Positions 1-11,059 of a stretch of 64,000 nt of DNA are shown in pieces. Numbering within the stretch: position 1 is the first letter of the stretch; every line of letters begins with the position of its first letter. The translations under genes were made by a program, and so were the position numbers. The stretch spans positions 2,640,282 to 2,704,281 of the forward strand of contig MU054400.1 of NCBI GenBank assembly GCA_013239625.1, given 5' to 3'. Origin of the DNA: Lama guanicoe. Lineage: Eukaryota. Below the pieces are notes generated by a model. That model saw nothing but the letters and a program-made list of their open reading frames with translations. It searched no databases and was not told the DNA's origin.

Positions 1-611
1 CACAATGCCTGGCACATAATTGCTTGGTGACTGAATGACTAAGTGTCTGCATTTCTCCTTGGAGGAACTATATAAGAACCTATTTACAGATATTTCTTCT
101 GCAGAAATGTTGCCTCATGAAATTAAAACTACCCAGTGTTTAGATGAATGACTTAAGAATGTTAACCATTTATGGAGAACTAACTCTTTTGGTCAATGTC
201 CAGTCTGGAAAATGAATGAACTCAAGATAATTAGTTCACTAGAGGTCACTGAACATGAGGAATGAGTTACAAAAAGGCCAGAACTTGAAAGCCAGCAGGG
301 ATGGTGAGGCAGCCCAGAGAACAGCTGCAACCATGCTGAAGGTGGTGGAGGAAAAATCAAGGAGATGATGCTACAGCCCAGATGCTGAGGACCTGGAAGT
401 CAGGGCTGTGGAGGGGACAGGATGTCTCGTGGGATAGATGCTCCCAGATTCACAGGCCAAACAGAGAGGAACCTGTCTCCAAACTTCCACCCACTCCTCC
501 CATTGGCTAAATCCATCTAGGAGCTAACTGGCAAAGGAGGATAAAAATTGTAGTTTGCAGAGGCCACTTCCCTGTGATCCAAAGAGCTGCACACAAGGGT
601 GGTGAATGGAT

Positions 612-810
612 TTGAGAGCAAACAGACCTGTGGGTCAAATTCAGACTGCTGTCTGTTTTTGTCAATAAAGTTTTATTGGAACACAGCCACATCCAGTCAT
701 TATGCATTGTCTATGCCGTTTTCATGCTACATGGGTAGAGTTGAGTTGTTGGGCCAGGGACCATATGGCCTGCAAAGCTGAAAACATTCATTACCTGGCC
801 TTTTCAGATT
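612..810. mobile_element. MER58A-like hAT-Charlie DNA transposon
   Basis: Diagnostic 'tgtttttgtcaataaagttttattggaacacagccac...ccatatggcctgcaaagc...tggcctttt'; related copies at about 32940-33250 and 61820-62045. Confidence 0.8.
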
Positions 811-814
811 ATGT

Positions 815-990
815 CTAATCTTCACAACCACCTGCCAGGTAAGTATTACTACCCTTCTTTTACAAATGGGGAAACAGGCTCAGAAAACTGAGCCTGACTT
901 GCCTGAGGATAAGCGGGCCTGGCCTGAGTGAAGCCTGCATTTACCCTCCATTCAGTTTGTTACCAAAAGTCCAAGAGCTTTCATTGCACC
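815..990 (-). mobile_element. MIR SINE fragment
   Basis: 'aatcttcacaaccacc...ttttacaaatggggaaacaggctcaga' MIR core, antisense. Confidence 0.7.
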
Positions 991-2194
991 CCTCTGCCTT
1001 CCTAACCTAACCAGGTCGCCTGCATGGGTGCCCCTCACACCCTGCAGAGCTACCCCCAGCTCCTGCACCTCTGCTGAAGGAAGACCATGCCTCAGTTTGG
1101 TATCTCTCTGTGATGTGTCTGCCCCTCTGCCTCACCGTCAAATTCTCAGTAGCTGAGAAGTCAGAGGTGGTGTGAGTTGGAACAGGCCTTGGGTCATTTC
1201 ACGGAGAGATTCAGAAATACTCTGCAGCTTGGAACTCCTGATTTGTTCGACTATCCTTTCCAGGTAGGCAGCTGGCCCTTAAAAAATTCACTCCTCCCCT
1301 CTTAGTCTGCACAGTCATCACAAATAAACAGTAAGAGCAAAAGATTTGGGAGACCATTTCTGACATAATGGAAATCGATGTTAAAACAAGATTTGCTTTA
1401 CAAAATTTACTGTATAACCAATTCTTTAGGAATGCTTCTCCCGTAAAGCTAAGTACACCTGTCTGATGGAAAAAACAAAAACAAAAACAAAAACAAAAAC
1501 ACCCTTCAAGTGGACTATTATTACCAAGATCTCTGTGCACAAGCACCACAGTAGGGAGCAGCTGCTGAAATACATGTGAATTTGTATTTGCTGAAAGCTC
1601 CAAGTGATTGTGAGAGAGACATCGCTTACATTTGCTTTGCTCACACAGATGGCGAGAGGTTGTAGCTCTGGGAAGAACTTAGAAGGGTAAATGGAATTCA
1701 TGTGAGATGAGAGCAATTAGGATTTACATGTGACGACACACAAAAAAGGGCAGAGCCGGGGCTGTTGTGTTATTTGATATTATCTGACTTAGCATTTAGC
1801 CAGCACAGGTATTTTTTATAATGTAATGAATGTGCTCTCTTGCCTCCGTATAAACTGGACTCTTGACCCACTGCTTGTAGGATAACAACAGCAGTGGTGT
1901 TTTTAAAGCTGTGACAAAACTCTGCTGACTACTCAAACCTTCCTTCTGCCTTGATTCACTCCCTCCTCTGACCGTCAGAGGTTTGGAATGACTTAGCCTG
2001 CTTCACGAGAGCTGGCAGAGGGCTGTGGCCACAGGAAGGATTGCAGGTGGCCCTGTCACCCTGCATGCAGGCAGCAGGCACTTGCTTCTAAATGCCTCTG
2101 GAGCTTGGGGATCTATTTTGGTTTGGGGGATCTTGGGTAAATTTGTAACTTTCTTGATCCAGAAGTTCACAATTATTTCACGAGAGCAATTTGA

Positions 2195-2945
2195 TGCCAT
2201 GGAGAAAACTTGGGCTTCGGAGGCAAAAAAAAAAAAAAAAATCCAGATTTAAATCCTTCTGTTTATTAGCCAGTCCTCTCATGAGTCTGATTCTCTCCAG
2301 GCCCAAGAAGGAGGTGGGGATGCCTCTGTGGAAGGCTGAATAAAACCCCCAAAGATATCCATCAAATTCTTGAGAGGATGGGGACAATGCATGTAAAGTA
2401 CTTGGCCCAGAACTTGGCTGTATTAACTTCCTATGGCTTCTGTGACAAATCCCCACAAACTTAATGGCTTAAAACAACACGAATTCAGTGTCTATCAATT
2501 CTGTAGGTCAGAAGTCTGAACTGGGCCTCACTGATCTAAAATTAAAGTTCCAGCAGGGCTGCATTCCTTCTGGAGACTAAGGGAGAATCCATTCTCTTGC
2601 TTCTTCTAGCTTCTAAAGGCAGCCTGCATTCCCTGGCTTGTGGCCCCTCCCTCCATCCTCAGAGCCAGTAGTGTCGCGTCTTTACATTGCTCTATGATTC
2701 TGATGTGCTGCCCCCATTTTTCACTTATAGGGACTCTTTTAATTACCTTGGGCCCACCCACATAATCCTGGATAATGTCTCCATTTTAAGATCCTTAATT
2801 TAATCAATCATACCTGCGAAGTCTCTTTTGCCATGTAAGGTAACATATTCTCAGGTTCTGAGAATTATGACATGGACACATTTGAGGGACCATTATTGTG
2901 TGGCCAACACATTGGCTTAAATGGAAAGCTTAATATATGTTGGCC
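2195..2945 (+). mobile_element. MIR SINE interrupted by an MLT1D LTR
   Basis: MIR-like text ('gacaatgcatgtaaagtacttggcccagaacttggc') resumes after the LTR as 'ttggcttaaatggaaagcttaatatatgttggc'. Confidence 0.6.
2419..2911 (-). mobile_element. MLT1D-like MaLR solo LTR
   Basis: TG...CA termini; 5-bp TSD TTGGC at 2414-2418 and 2912-2916; typical MLT1C/D text. Confidence 0.85.
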
Positions 2946-3542
2946 ACTCTTATTTTTCTTATACCTCAACTGTAAAATAATGAATGGAGATAGGGGTGCT
3001 TTCTCCTTTGATCTGAACACTGCTGAGCTTTGGTGCCTTGAGGATAGCAATACATCACACAGGCAGTGGAAATGGCAGTGGTGCTGTGTTAGGGGGAGGC
3101 TGGTCTCCAGCAGAGGTATCCATGGTGACCTCAGTGGTAGTGTTACTCCCCAAGCAGGAGGCAGAAGTCGTTTCTGTTAGAAAAAGTGATACCTAGCAGG
3201 GATGCCAGAGTTGGCAGTGCTAGATGGAAGTACTGATTCCCAGCAGAACCAGCCACAGTGTCTGGTGGGAGGCTGCTTGATGGGTGGACTCCAGACGCAA
3301 GGGCCAAGGGTGGTACCTTTGTCTTCCCATAGGTTTACAGACTTCTATTGTCTCAGGGTTAGAGCAAGAGAAGAAGAAAAGGAAAACTGCTATGTAGTGA
3401 ATGCCCAGACTTCTTGCCAAGCACATGTTTAACCCCACTGGTCATGCCAAACATGATGAGAAAACCATTCTAGGGGCTGGAACAACTGCAATAGCAGGAA
3501 GAGGCAAGATCAGGTTAAATGCAGATTCTTACTCTTAATATA

Positions 3543-3718
3543 GGTATTGAGCATATCTTTTTATTTTGATGCTTTGACATTTTGAGGCTTTGCTGACACT
3601 GGAAGAGACTCCCTCCCAGGATTAGCTAATTCCCAGAGATAGCAAACTACTCACCGGGGAGAGTGCCTTTCATATGCACACTAGTCAATCTGAAGCCCAT
3701 ACCCCAACCACCTCCTTT
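3543..3718 (+). mobile_element. MER74-like ERVL solo LTR, 5' half
   Basis: 'tgctgacactggaagagactccctcccagg...gcctttcatatgcac...ccataccccaaccacctcct' matches the recalled MER74 consensus; outer TSD ATATA at 3538-3542. Confidence 0.8.
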
Positions 3719-3809
3719 TTCTTTCTTTTTTCTCTCACATTACCATAAATTGAATTTATTCAGGAATAGCCAAGGAACTGCAAATCAGGAAATGCATACC
3801 GTAGCAAGT

Positions 3810-4750
3810 GACACGCAGTTCGTTAAGGGTTTGGGGCTGGCTGTTATTTATGGGCAAGGAATCAGAGTCCAAGCAGCACGACGGCCGCCTTGAGGATGGG
3901 AAGAGACTCCTGGCGCACGTTCATCGGCAGATAAGTCGCGGTCTGAGGCGCTGACGGGAAATTAGTCTCAGTTCAAGTTCCGCTCCTCCGAGGGCGCATG
4001 CGCGAGAGCCACCATGCCTTCTCCTCCGGGCCCAGTTTTGATTGACGTCCTGTCACCACCGGTACGGTCCTTGTTATCAAGGTGGTGAGGGCCTGTGCGC
4101 ATCGCTGACCCGGTAGTAGTTTCCAGGGTGAAGAAGGACGCCTCCGCCGGGCCGGTCCTCGGGTCCTCACCGCGCGCCAAGGTAGGCCGGCCCCCAGGGA
4201 GCTGCCTCGTTAGGGCCGGAGCTCGCTCCTCTCACATATGGTGGTTGTCGTGATTCGTGGATTCCGTGTTTACCAGTTCATCTGCTCCACGGGATGTAAC
4301 CCCCCATCCCGGGCAGGCGCGAAGGCTCCCGGGTTCGAGGCGCGTGACGGGCCTGTGCCCAGCTGAGGTGGCGCCGGGCGAGGCCCTGGCGGCTGCGTTC
4401 GGCGCGCCCTCTGCCAGCAGGTGTCCTTTCCCGGGTACTCAGGGCCATGTTTCTCACATGCCTGTGCTTTTTGGGGGCGCGTTTGGCTGTTAAAGCGGCC
4501 CCCAGGGGTAGCGCGCAGGGCTGTCTGGTGTTGGTAAGTTCGAGAAGGCTGTGGGGTGCTTCACCGGGAAGACGCGCCCGGTGATAAGCTTCCTTCAGGC
4601 AGGCGTTGGGCAGCTTTTGGACGCGAGTTCAGCGTTAAGAGTCAACGGCAGATAGTAAATAAGGCGCCTTTAAGCAGAAGCACACATAAAGCGTAGTTAT
4701 ATGTATTACATAAGCTGACGAAAGTGTGACCAGACGCTCGCGGGAATCTA
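3810..4750. promoter_or_regulatory. CpG island / putative promoter
   Basis: High GC and CpG density against a CpG-depleted background; NRF1 palindrome GCGCATGCGC at 3994-4003; CRE-like TGACGTC at 4043-4049; X-box-like GTTTCCAGGGTGAA at 4119-4132. Confidence 0.85.
4100..4181 (+). ncRNA. Putative non-coding first exon (start approximate)
   Basis: Donor AAG|GTAGGC just downstream of the promoter motifs; alternative strong donor TTG|GTAAGT after 4533. Confidence 0.45.
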
Positions 4751-4766
4751 ACCCTGTATTTCTCAG

Positions 4767-4838
4767 GGAGCGATGGCCCAGGGCTAGAAGCTATTTCAGT
4801 GTTCATGGCAACTTTATAGGACGGAGATACCCTGAATG
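4767..4838 (+). ncRNA. Putative second exon (72 nt)
   Basis: Branch-like CTAAC plus 'cctgtatttctcag' acceptor; donor ATG|GTGAGC; contains two 4-codon uORFs. Confidence 0.55.
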
Positions 4839-5763
4839 GTGAGCATCGACTTGCCTACGCAGCCATTTCCCTAAGATATGCCCATGGGGCCAGGAGGATG
4901 AGTCAGAAGTTGTCCTTCTGTAAGACCTTGAGGAAGGGCCAGACTCTCCTCGTTTCCAAAGGGTCAGCCCCTGCCCTCTTGCTGTTCTCCTTCGGGCTGG
5001 AACCGACATGACCTGGGGGTGTTGCGGGGTGAGAGGTGGGGCTGTGCCTTTCTTGTCGCTGCCACGAGGTGGGGGTCGGCTGTGGGGTGTGGCATAGGGT
5101 GGGAGGGTAACCCAGAGGTGTGACAGCGCAACCCACCCTCGCCTCTCTCGGGCAGCCTTCCACCAGCTCCTCTCCTCTGGTCTCTCCCTTGAACCCAGGT
5201 ATGGAGAAAATTCCTCATTCCAGCCTCAGCGTGAATTCTAGTGGGAATATCCACTGTCTTACTTTCATTCCCCCAACATGTAATTGCAAAAATAAAACAA
5301 TCTGACACTCGTCCATTTCCCAAGATCTGAGCTGTCCGATTGTAGCCAAGGTCACCCTGAGGGAGAGTGATATAAACACTAACAACTGTTATTTGTGGGT
5401 CCTGTTTCTGTCATTCCTAGAATAAAGCCTGAGGCTTCACTGGAGAGTGAGGAGTAAATCAACACTGCCTGCCGTCAGGTTGGGTTTGAGCTGAGCTGGA
5501 GATTGAATTCACGTTTAATCAAAATTATATTGGATTTTGTTGTTGAACCTTAGCTTTTTGTGAAGAATTTGAAGGCGGTAATGTTTTCCTAAATTTAGCA
5601 TTCTCTTGGCATGGTTGAAAGGATTTCTCACAAGTATGAGAGACCAGTTTTGAATAGCTAAGTTATTGCTACCCTGAGAATTTTATATGAGGAACTTTGG
5701 GGGTGTTCACCTGGTATTCAAGAGATGGGGTATAATTTATACCTTGCCTCTTTTTCGCTTTAA

Positions 5764-6148
5764 CCAACCACCTCCTTTATCAGGCTCCCAGAGGGCTGTC
5801 ACACTCAGCCGACAAGTTCCTTGCCCTAATCATTCCAGGTCCAGGTACCAGACAGTGTGGGACAACCTCTCCATCCTAGAGATCTCTGAAATTATTCAAA
5901 TTAGCTAGTCCTAAATCTGATTACCCTGCATCTCCCCTTCCTTTCCTTGAAAGCACAATAAAGGCCCTTGCCCACCATCTCGCATCACTCCTTCTGCCTC
6001 CTGACTGATCGTGATGCTTCTGCATGTGGCCCTGCATGGACCCCCTCTTGGGAACTATGACTAGCAAGCTGTCTTCTCACTGGCAGTCGTTTCCTAGTAT
6101 TTTGGCCTACCCATGCCTGTATAATAATAAAACCTACATTTTGAGACA
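5764..6148 (+). mobile_element. MER74-like ERVL solo LTR, 3' half
   Basis: Continues where the 5' half stops; 'ccaggtaccagaca...gaaattattcaaattagc...cacaataaaggc...aataataaaacctacattttgagaca'; CA end and outer TSD ATATA at 6149-6153. Confidence 0.85.
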
Positions 6149-6781
6149 ATATATGCCCATGTTTTAACTCTGGTCTGATGTGGTAGAGGAAACCCAGCTT
6201 ATATAAGTCAAGCCCCTATCCCAGCACCGAGCACCTTGGAGGAGCTCTGGAGATGCCAGACCTCATTCCTCCCTTTCTCTCCCTTTCCTTGACTGTGACC
6301 TCATTGACTTGCTCTAGATGCTCTTATCTTTCCCAGCAGCCTCATTGCTTCCACCTCTCAGTTGATGCTGGCATCGTTCCTCTTTCCAGAGAGCTGTCTA
6401 AGCACTCCTCTCCCCTTGCTGTCCCACTTTGAGAGGCTGGGGCTGAGGTCACGGTGTGGCTGGTGCATCAGCATTTGCATTGCTCGAACAGTGCTGTCAA
6501 AGTCTGAGCTAGCACTCTTCCCATCCACTCAGGATCAGCAGTCTGTCAATACTCTGATCCTGGAAGCAGCGTGCTCCTGCTCTTGAACTTGGTCCAGACA
6601 TTGCACAGATGAACTTTTACAGGCCAGTTTACAGCTCCTTCATTTGGGTAGCTCTGTAGATGATTATTCAGTTTTCTTATTTTGGTTTTCTATTCTTATC
6701 TCACCTCCCCATTCCCTTTGCTCAGTCTAGAACTTACCTCTTGGATTTGTCACTCCTCATTAGCACCTTCTCTGGAAAAAG

Positions 6782-7250
6782 TGTCCTGGGTTATCTTAGT
6801 TTCCCCTAAAAGCCAAAACTGAAAAAGGTAGTTTATTTGGAGTGATTGTTAGAAGCCAGAGTGCAGGAGTGAGGAGTGACATAGAGAAGGAGGAAAAGCA
6901 ATAGGGAATGTGCAACTGAGCTGGTCATCACTGTGGGCAACCAAGGCTCAGTCCCCTGGGGGCATCTGGAAACTGTGTACAGTGAACTCAGAATTGTTCT
7001 TAATGTCAGGAGCCTGGGACATTTATCCACCAACTCCTGTGATCCATTGCCTTAGGGGTGTTAACTCCACCCTACTTCTGGGATGAGCCTGAGGTTGAGT
7101 GGTCCTCCAGGGCTTAGGAGAAAGGCTGGAAGCAGAAAAGCAGGGAGGTCCTTGAGATGAGACTCTTAAGATGGGAAGCTGGCAGCGTGCATAGAGCTGT
7201 CCACCTCAGGTGTGCTGAAATCAAGTGGGCTTATAAAAAGTCTTCCACAG
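6782..7250 (-). mobile_element. ERVL solo LTR (LTR16-like)
   Basis: 'gtagtttatttgg...cactgtgggcaacc...atttatccaccaactcc' text typical of old ERVL LTRs. Confidence 0.55.
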
Positions 7251-7559
7251 AGGGTGAAATTTAAGCCAGTCAGCAGTAGCTTTAGAAAAGGGGGGGGAAA
7301 AAAAGAAGCTATAGGCAGAAACAGTGAATATCTTAGCAGCAACCAGGGTGGACAGTGATGGAGACTCCTACCCATAATACTTCGGCACAGTGTTAAGAGC
7401 TTGGATTTTTGGATGACTTTCAGGAAGTGGGAAGGAAAACTAAGAAAGAACTAAAGGTAAGTTTCCTGCCAGCTGGTGCAAAAGGGGCTTGAAGTTGGTA
7501 ATTTCACTGATGTATTTAAAATAAGGAGTTTTTGGACTTAGGCACATATCTACCACACA

Positions 7560-7900
7560 CACAGGTATTGTGTGTTTACTATGTTGCAGACATCATGCTT
7601 GACATTGAGAATATAAAAATGACTAAGAAATAGCCCTTTGCTTCGAAAGTGCATGAATGCAGTCAGAGGGGCAGCCATACAAGACGTGGATGCTTCAGAT
7701 ATACATGTGATATCTATGTATAATGCTGGATATCTGTGGGTCTTATGGAGGCTAAGAACAGGGGTAGAGGGGAGAGTTAAGAGAAGGGTTCTTGAAAGAG
7801 ATGATGTTTAAACTGAGACTTAAAAGATGGGTAGGAATTATCTATCTAGAGGATGGATGGGAGTGTGTGGGAGGCTGTAAAGGCAGTGAGAAGAGGGCGA
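7560..7900 (-). mobile_element. L2 LINE 3' fragment
   Basis: 'tactatgttgcagacatcatgct...aaactgagacttaaaagatgggtaggaatt'. Confidence 0.55.
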
Positions 7901-7918
7901 GGAGAGAGTTAGAGGGGT

Positions 7919-8068
7919 GTGTGTTAGTGTTCTATTGCTGCATAACAAATTGCCACAAATTTAGCAGCTTAAGATGACACATGTATTTATTATCTCACAG
8001 TGTCTGTGGGTCAGGACCCCAGGCACCACTTAGCTGGATTCTCTGCTTCAGGTTGTCACCTTGCTGCA
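7919..8068 (-). mobile_element. MLT1E/F-like LTR fragment
   Basis: 'tattgctgcataacaaattgccacaaatttagcagcttaa...tctcacagtgtctgtgggtcagga'. Confidence 0.7.
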
Positions 8069-9029
8069 AAAAACAATCATGCAATTTTTATGGTTCAGTG
8101 GTGAGACTGTAGTTAAGGGAAAAAAACCTCTATATTATATAATCTTGGCAGCCCATTTTGATAAATATACTGGTTAATTTACTCCTTTCATAGCCCCTGC
8201 CCCCACCAGAAACTGTGGTTCAGGATCCCTTTTTTGTTTTGGAAGGAGGTAAACTTTTACTGAAATGCATGACTCTGACCTTGGAGACTGCATTATCATT
8301 AATTTCTCCTTTTCATGAGTTTTTAAATGTTTCCATCTGAACAGTGATCATGTGAAGATGATGTTGACTTGTTCCCAAGAAATGGCCAATACCAGCAATA
8401 GCTCAGGAATGCAGATTTTGACAAGGCTGAATCTGACAATTTGCATGTTTTGAGAAATTGTTGGGACATTCCAACTGAGGCATTGGAATGAAGCGGGCCC
8501 AGCCTCGTGGATTTACTGAAACTTATTTATAATCTGTCCAGCATACTGATATCAAAGGGACTCAACATCCTCATATGTTGTTATATTCTCAGCATCTTTC
8601 AATTAATCTGCCCCTGAACTAGCTCTGGAGTCCAGGGACCACAGTAAGATTCAATGTGATGCTGTAATCTTAGGCTCAGTTATCCTAATATTGGATTTTA
8701 CACAGTGTTTAGGAGGAGAGTGTTGGGGTCACCACTTTCCTGGAGCTGTATACTTTGAAATTGTCCAGAAGCCTCCATGATTTCTTCAGCTCTAGATTGC
8801 TATGCTTTTTTGTGTTGAAAGCTGCATTCTGAAAGAGAACCTTGAATCACATGCTTCGGCTCCTCTTTTGTAGTAACTGCTCTAATCAAGCTTCTTATTG
8901 AAATTTTGCTAGGAAATTTTCCGTTTTATCTAACTTTTCAAACTCATTGCCATCAATTTTCACAAAATATTCTCTTATGACTATTTTGGTCTCTTCTATA
9001 TCTGTGGTTATGTCTCGTTTCTCATTCCT

Positions 9030-9710
9030 GGTTTTATTTTATTTTTATTATTTTTATTGAAGTATAATCGGTTTATAATGCTATATCAATTTCTGGTGTA
9101 CAACATAATGTTTCAGTCATACATATACATACATATATTTGTTTTCCTATTCTTTTTCATTATAGGTTACTACAAGATATTGAATATGGTTCCCTGTGCT
9201 ATACAGTAAAACTTGTTTTTGATCTATTTTATATATAGTAGTTAGTATCTGAAAATCTCAAACTCCCAATTCCTCTAACCCCCTGGTAACCATAAGTTTT
9301 TTTTTCTATGTCTGTCAGTCTGTTTCTGCTTTTTAAGTACTTCATTTGTGTCTTTTTGTTGTTGTTGTTGTTTGATTTCACATATGTGTGATATGGTATT
9401 TTTCTTTCTCTTTCTGGCTTATTTTGCATAGAATGACCATATCCAGGTCCATCCATGTTGTTGCAAATGGCATTACTTTATTCTTTTTTATGGCTGAATA
9501 GTATTCTATTGTATAAATATACCACAACTTCTTTATCCAGTCATCTGTTGATGGACGTTTAGGTTGCTTCCATGTCTTGCCTATTGTATATAGTGCTGAT
9601 ATGAACGTTGGGGTGCATGTGTCTTTTCAAATTAGAGTTCACTCTGGATATATGTTCAGGAGTGGGATTGCTAGATCATATAGTAAGTCTATTTTTAGTT
9701 ATTTGAGTTA
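9030..9710 (-). mobile_element. Artiodactyl/camelid L1 3' end nested in older minus-strand L1 (about 8930-10400)
   Basis: T-rich tail, then 'ttattgaagtata...ggttactacaagatattgaata...ccctgtgctatacagta...gggattgctagatcatat'. Confidence 0.85.
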
Positions 9711-10619
9711 TCCTAATTTTAAATAATTTTTCTCCTTTTCTAATCAGGTTTAAAAGGGCTTATCTTTTTTACTGTTTTTTTTTTTCAAAGAATGAGATTT
9801 TGGTTTTATTTCTCTTTTTGCTTATATTTTTTATCTTCTTTCTAGTTGCAGTTAATTCTATTGTTCTATTAATAATTCATTAAGATAAATTCTAAGTATC
9901 TTTAATTTTAGCCTTTGAAGCCATTAAGGCTATCTTTTTTTTTTTTTTAATACAGCTTTTGTTGTGTCTCACAGATTTTGTCATAAAGTAGTCTCATTTA
10001 AATAGCTTCCTGGATAGTTTTAAATTTCAGTTATAATTCATCTTTGATGCTAGGATTGTATAGGAATATTAGTTTACAAGTGGTTGAAATTGTTGTTAAT
10101 ATTGTTATCATTATTGTTAAGCTTATGATTGTGCATGTGACCTTGAAACTCTTACTTTTTAAAATTTACCAAGGTTTTCTTTATGGTTAAGAATTTGATT
10201 TATTTTGGGCATACAAATAAGCATATTTTTCTATTCAAGGATGTCAGTTCCTATATGTGTGCTAATTACTCTACATCTTCACTTGTTTTTTGCCTTCAAG
10301 ATGTGCTCTGAAAAAGGTATATGAAAGTATCCTATTATTTACATTTCTGATAGTTTTTGACTTATATAGTTAGCAACAATGTTGTATGCAGTCTGAAAAA
10401 CTTAAAACAAATAAATTATATAAGCAAGGTCATGAGTTTATTGTAATCCAAGATGCCTGGCAGAAGCAAAGGTAAATCTCTGGGCTAGCATAGCTTCAAT
10501 GCAGGCCTCAAAAAAATTCACATATGTAAATACAAGGAACTTGAGCTCAAGGTAACAAAACATCATGGATAAAAGTAGGAACCAGGATTATTGAATACAA
10601 CAGATAAAGTAAATGTATT

Positions 10620-11050
10620 TAATATTTATTTACAAATACTGTGTCCTCTTAAGTATCAGGTACAAATTATTTTAGGTACTGGAAATATAATAATGAAAAA
10701 AATCTAAAAATTTTTTTCTAAAATCTAAAAATCTAAAAATATCTCTGCCTTTAAACATTTATATTCAAGTTAAATTATATTCAACTATATAGTGTTTGAA
10801 AATAAAAGGTGCTACAGAGGAAGATGAGGCAGGGAGTGGGTATAAGGAGTATGTGTGGGAAGGTGACATTTGAACAAAAACTTAAAGGACATGAGGAGGT
10901 GAGGCACACACATTTCTTGGAGTCAGGTGAAATCATTCTACAGAGAGATCAGTCAGAACAAAAATTTGGAGGTGACTGTATGTTTGGTATAGCGGGAGTC
11001 AGGATGGCTAAGATGGAGTCAAGAGTGAAAAGTAGAATATAAGGTCAGAG
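10620..11050 (-). mobile_element. L2 fragment
   Basis: 'ggaaggtgacatttgaacaaaaacttaaaggacatgagga...aaggtcagagag'. Confidence 0.55.
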
Positions 11051-11059
11051 AGAATGAAA

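Larger units (their letters stand above)
3719..5763 (-). mobile_element. L1-mediated retroposed segment of mostly non-repeat sequence carrying a CpG island
   Basis: Exact 15-bp direct repeat CCAACCACCTCCTTT at 3704-3718 and 5764-5778; T-rich tail at 3719-3736; TTTATT (minus-strand AATAAA) at 3755-3760; TTT/A nick context; splits a continuous LTR. Confidence 0.8.

Noticed and set aside
4300..4345. tRNA-like text GCGCGAAGGCTCCCGGGTTCGAGGC with a B-box match
   Set aside because: No A-box, D-arm or acceptor stem found; plausible by chance in a CpG island.
3968..4493. ORFs in the CpG island, including CCACCATG near 4009
   Set aside because: GC-rich stop-poor artefacts; the Kozak-like ORF stops after 24 codons; no recognisable protein.
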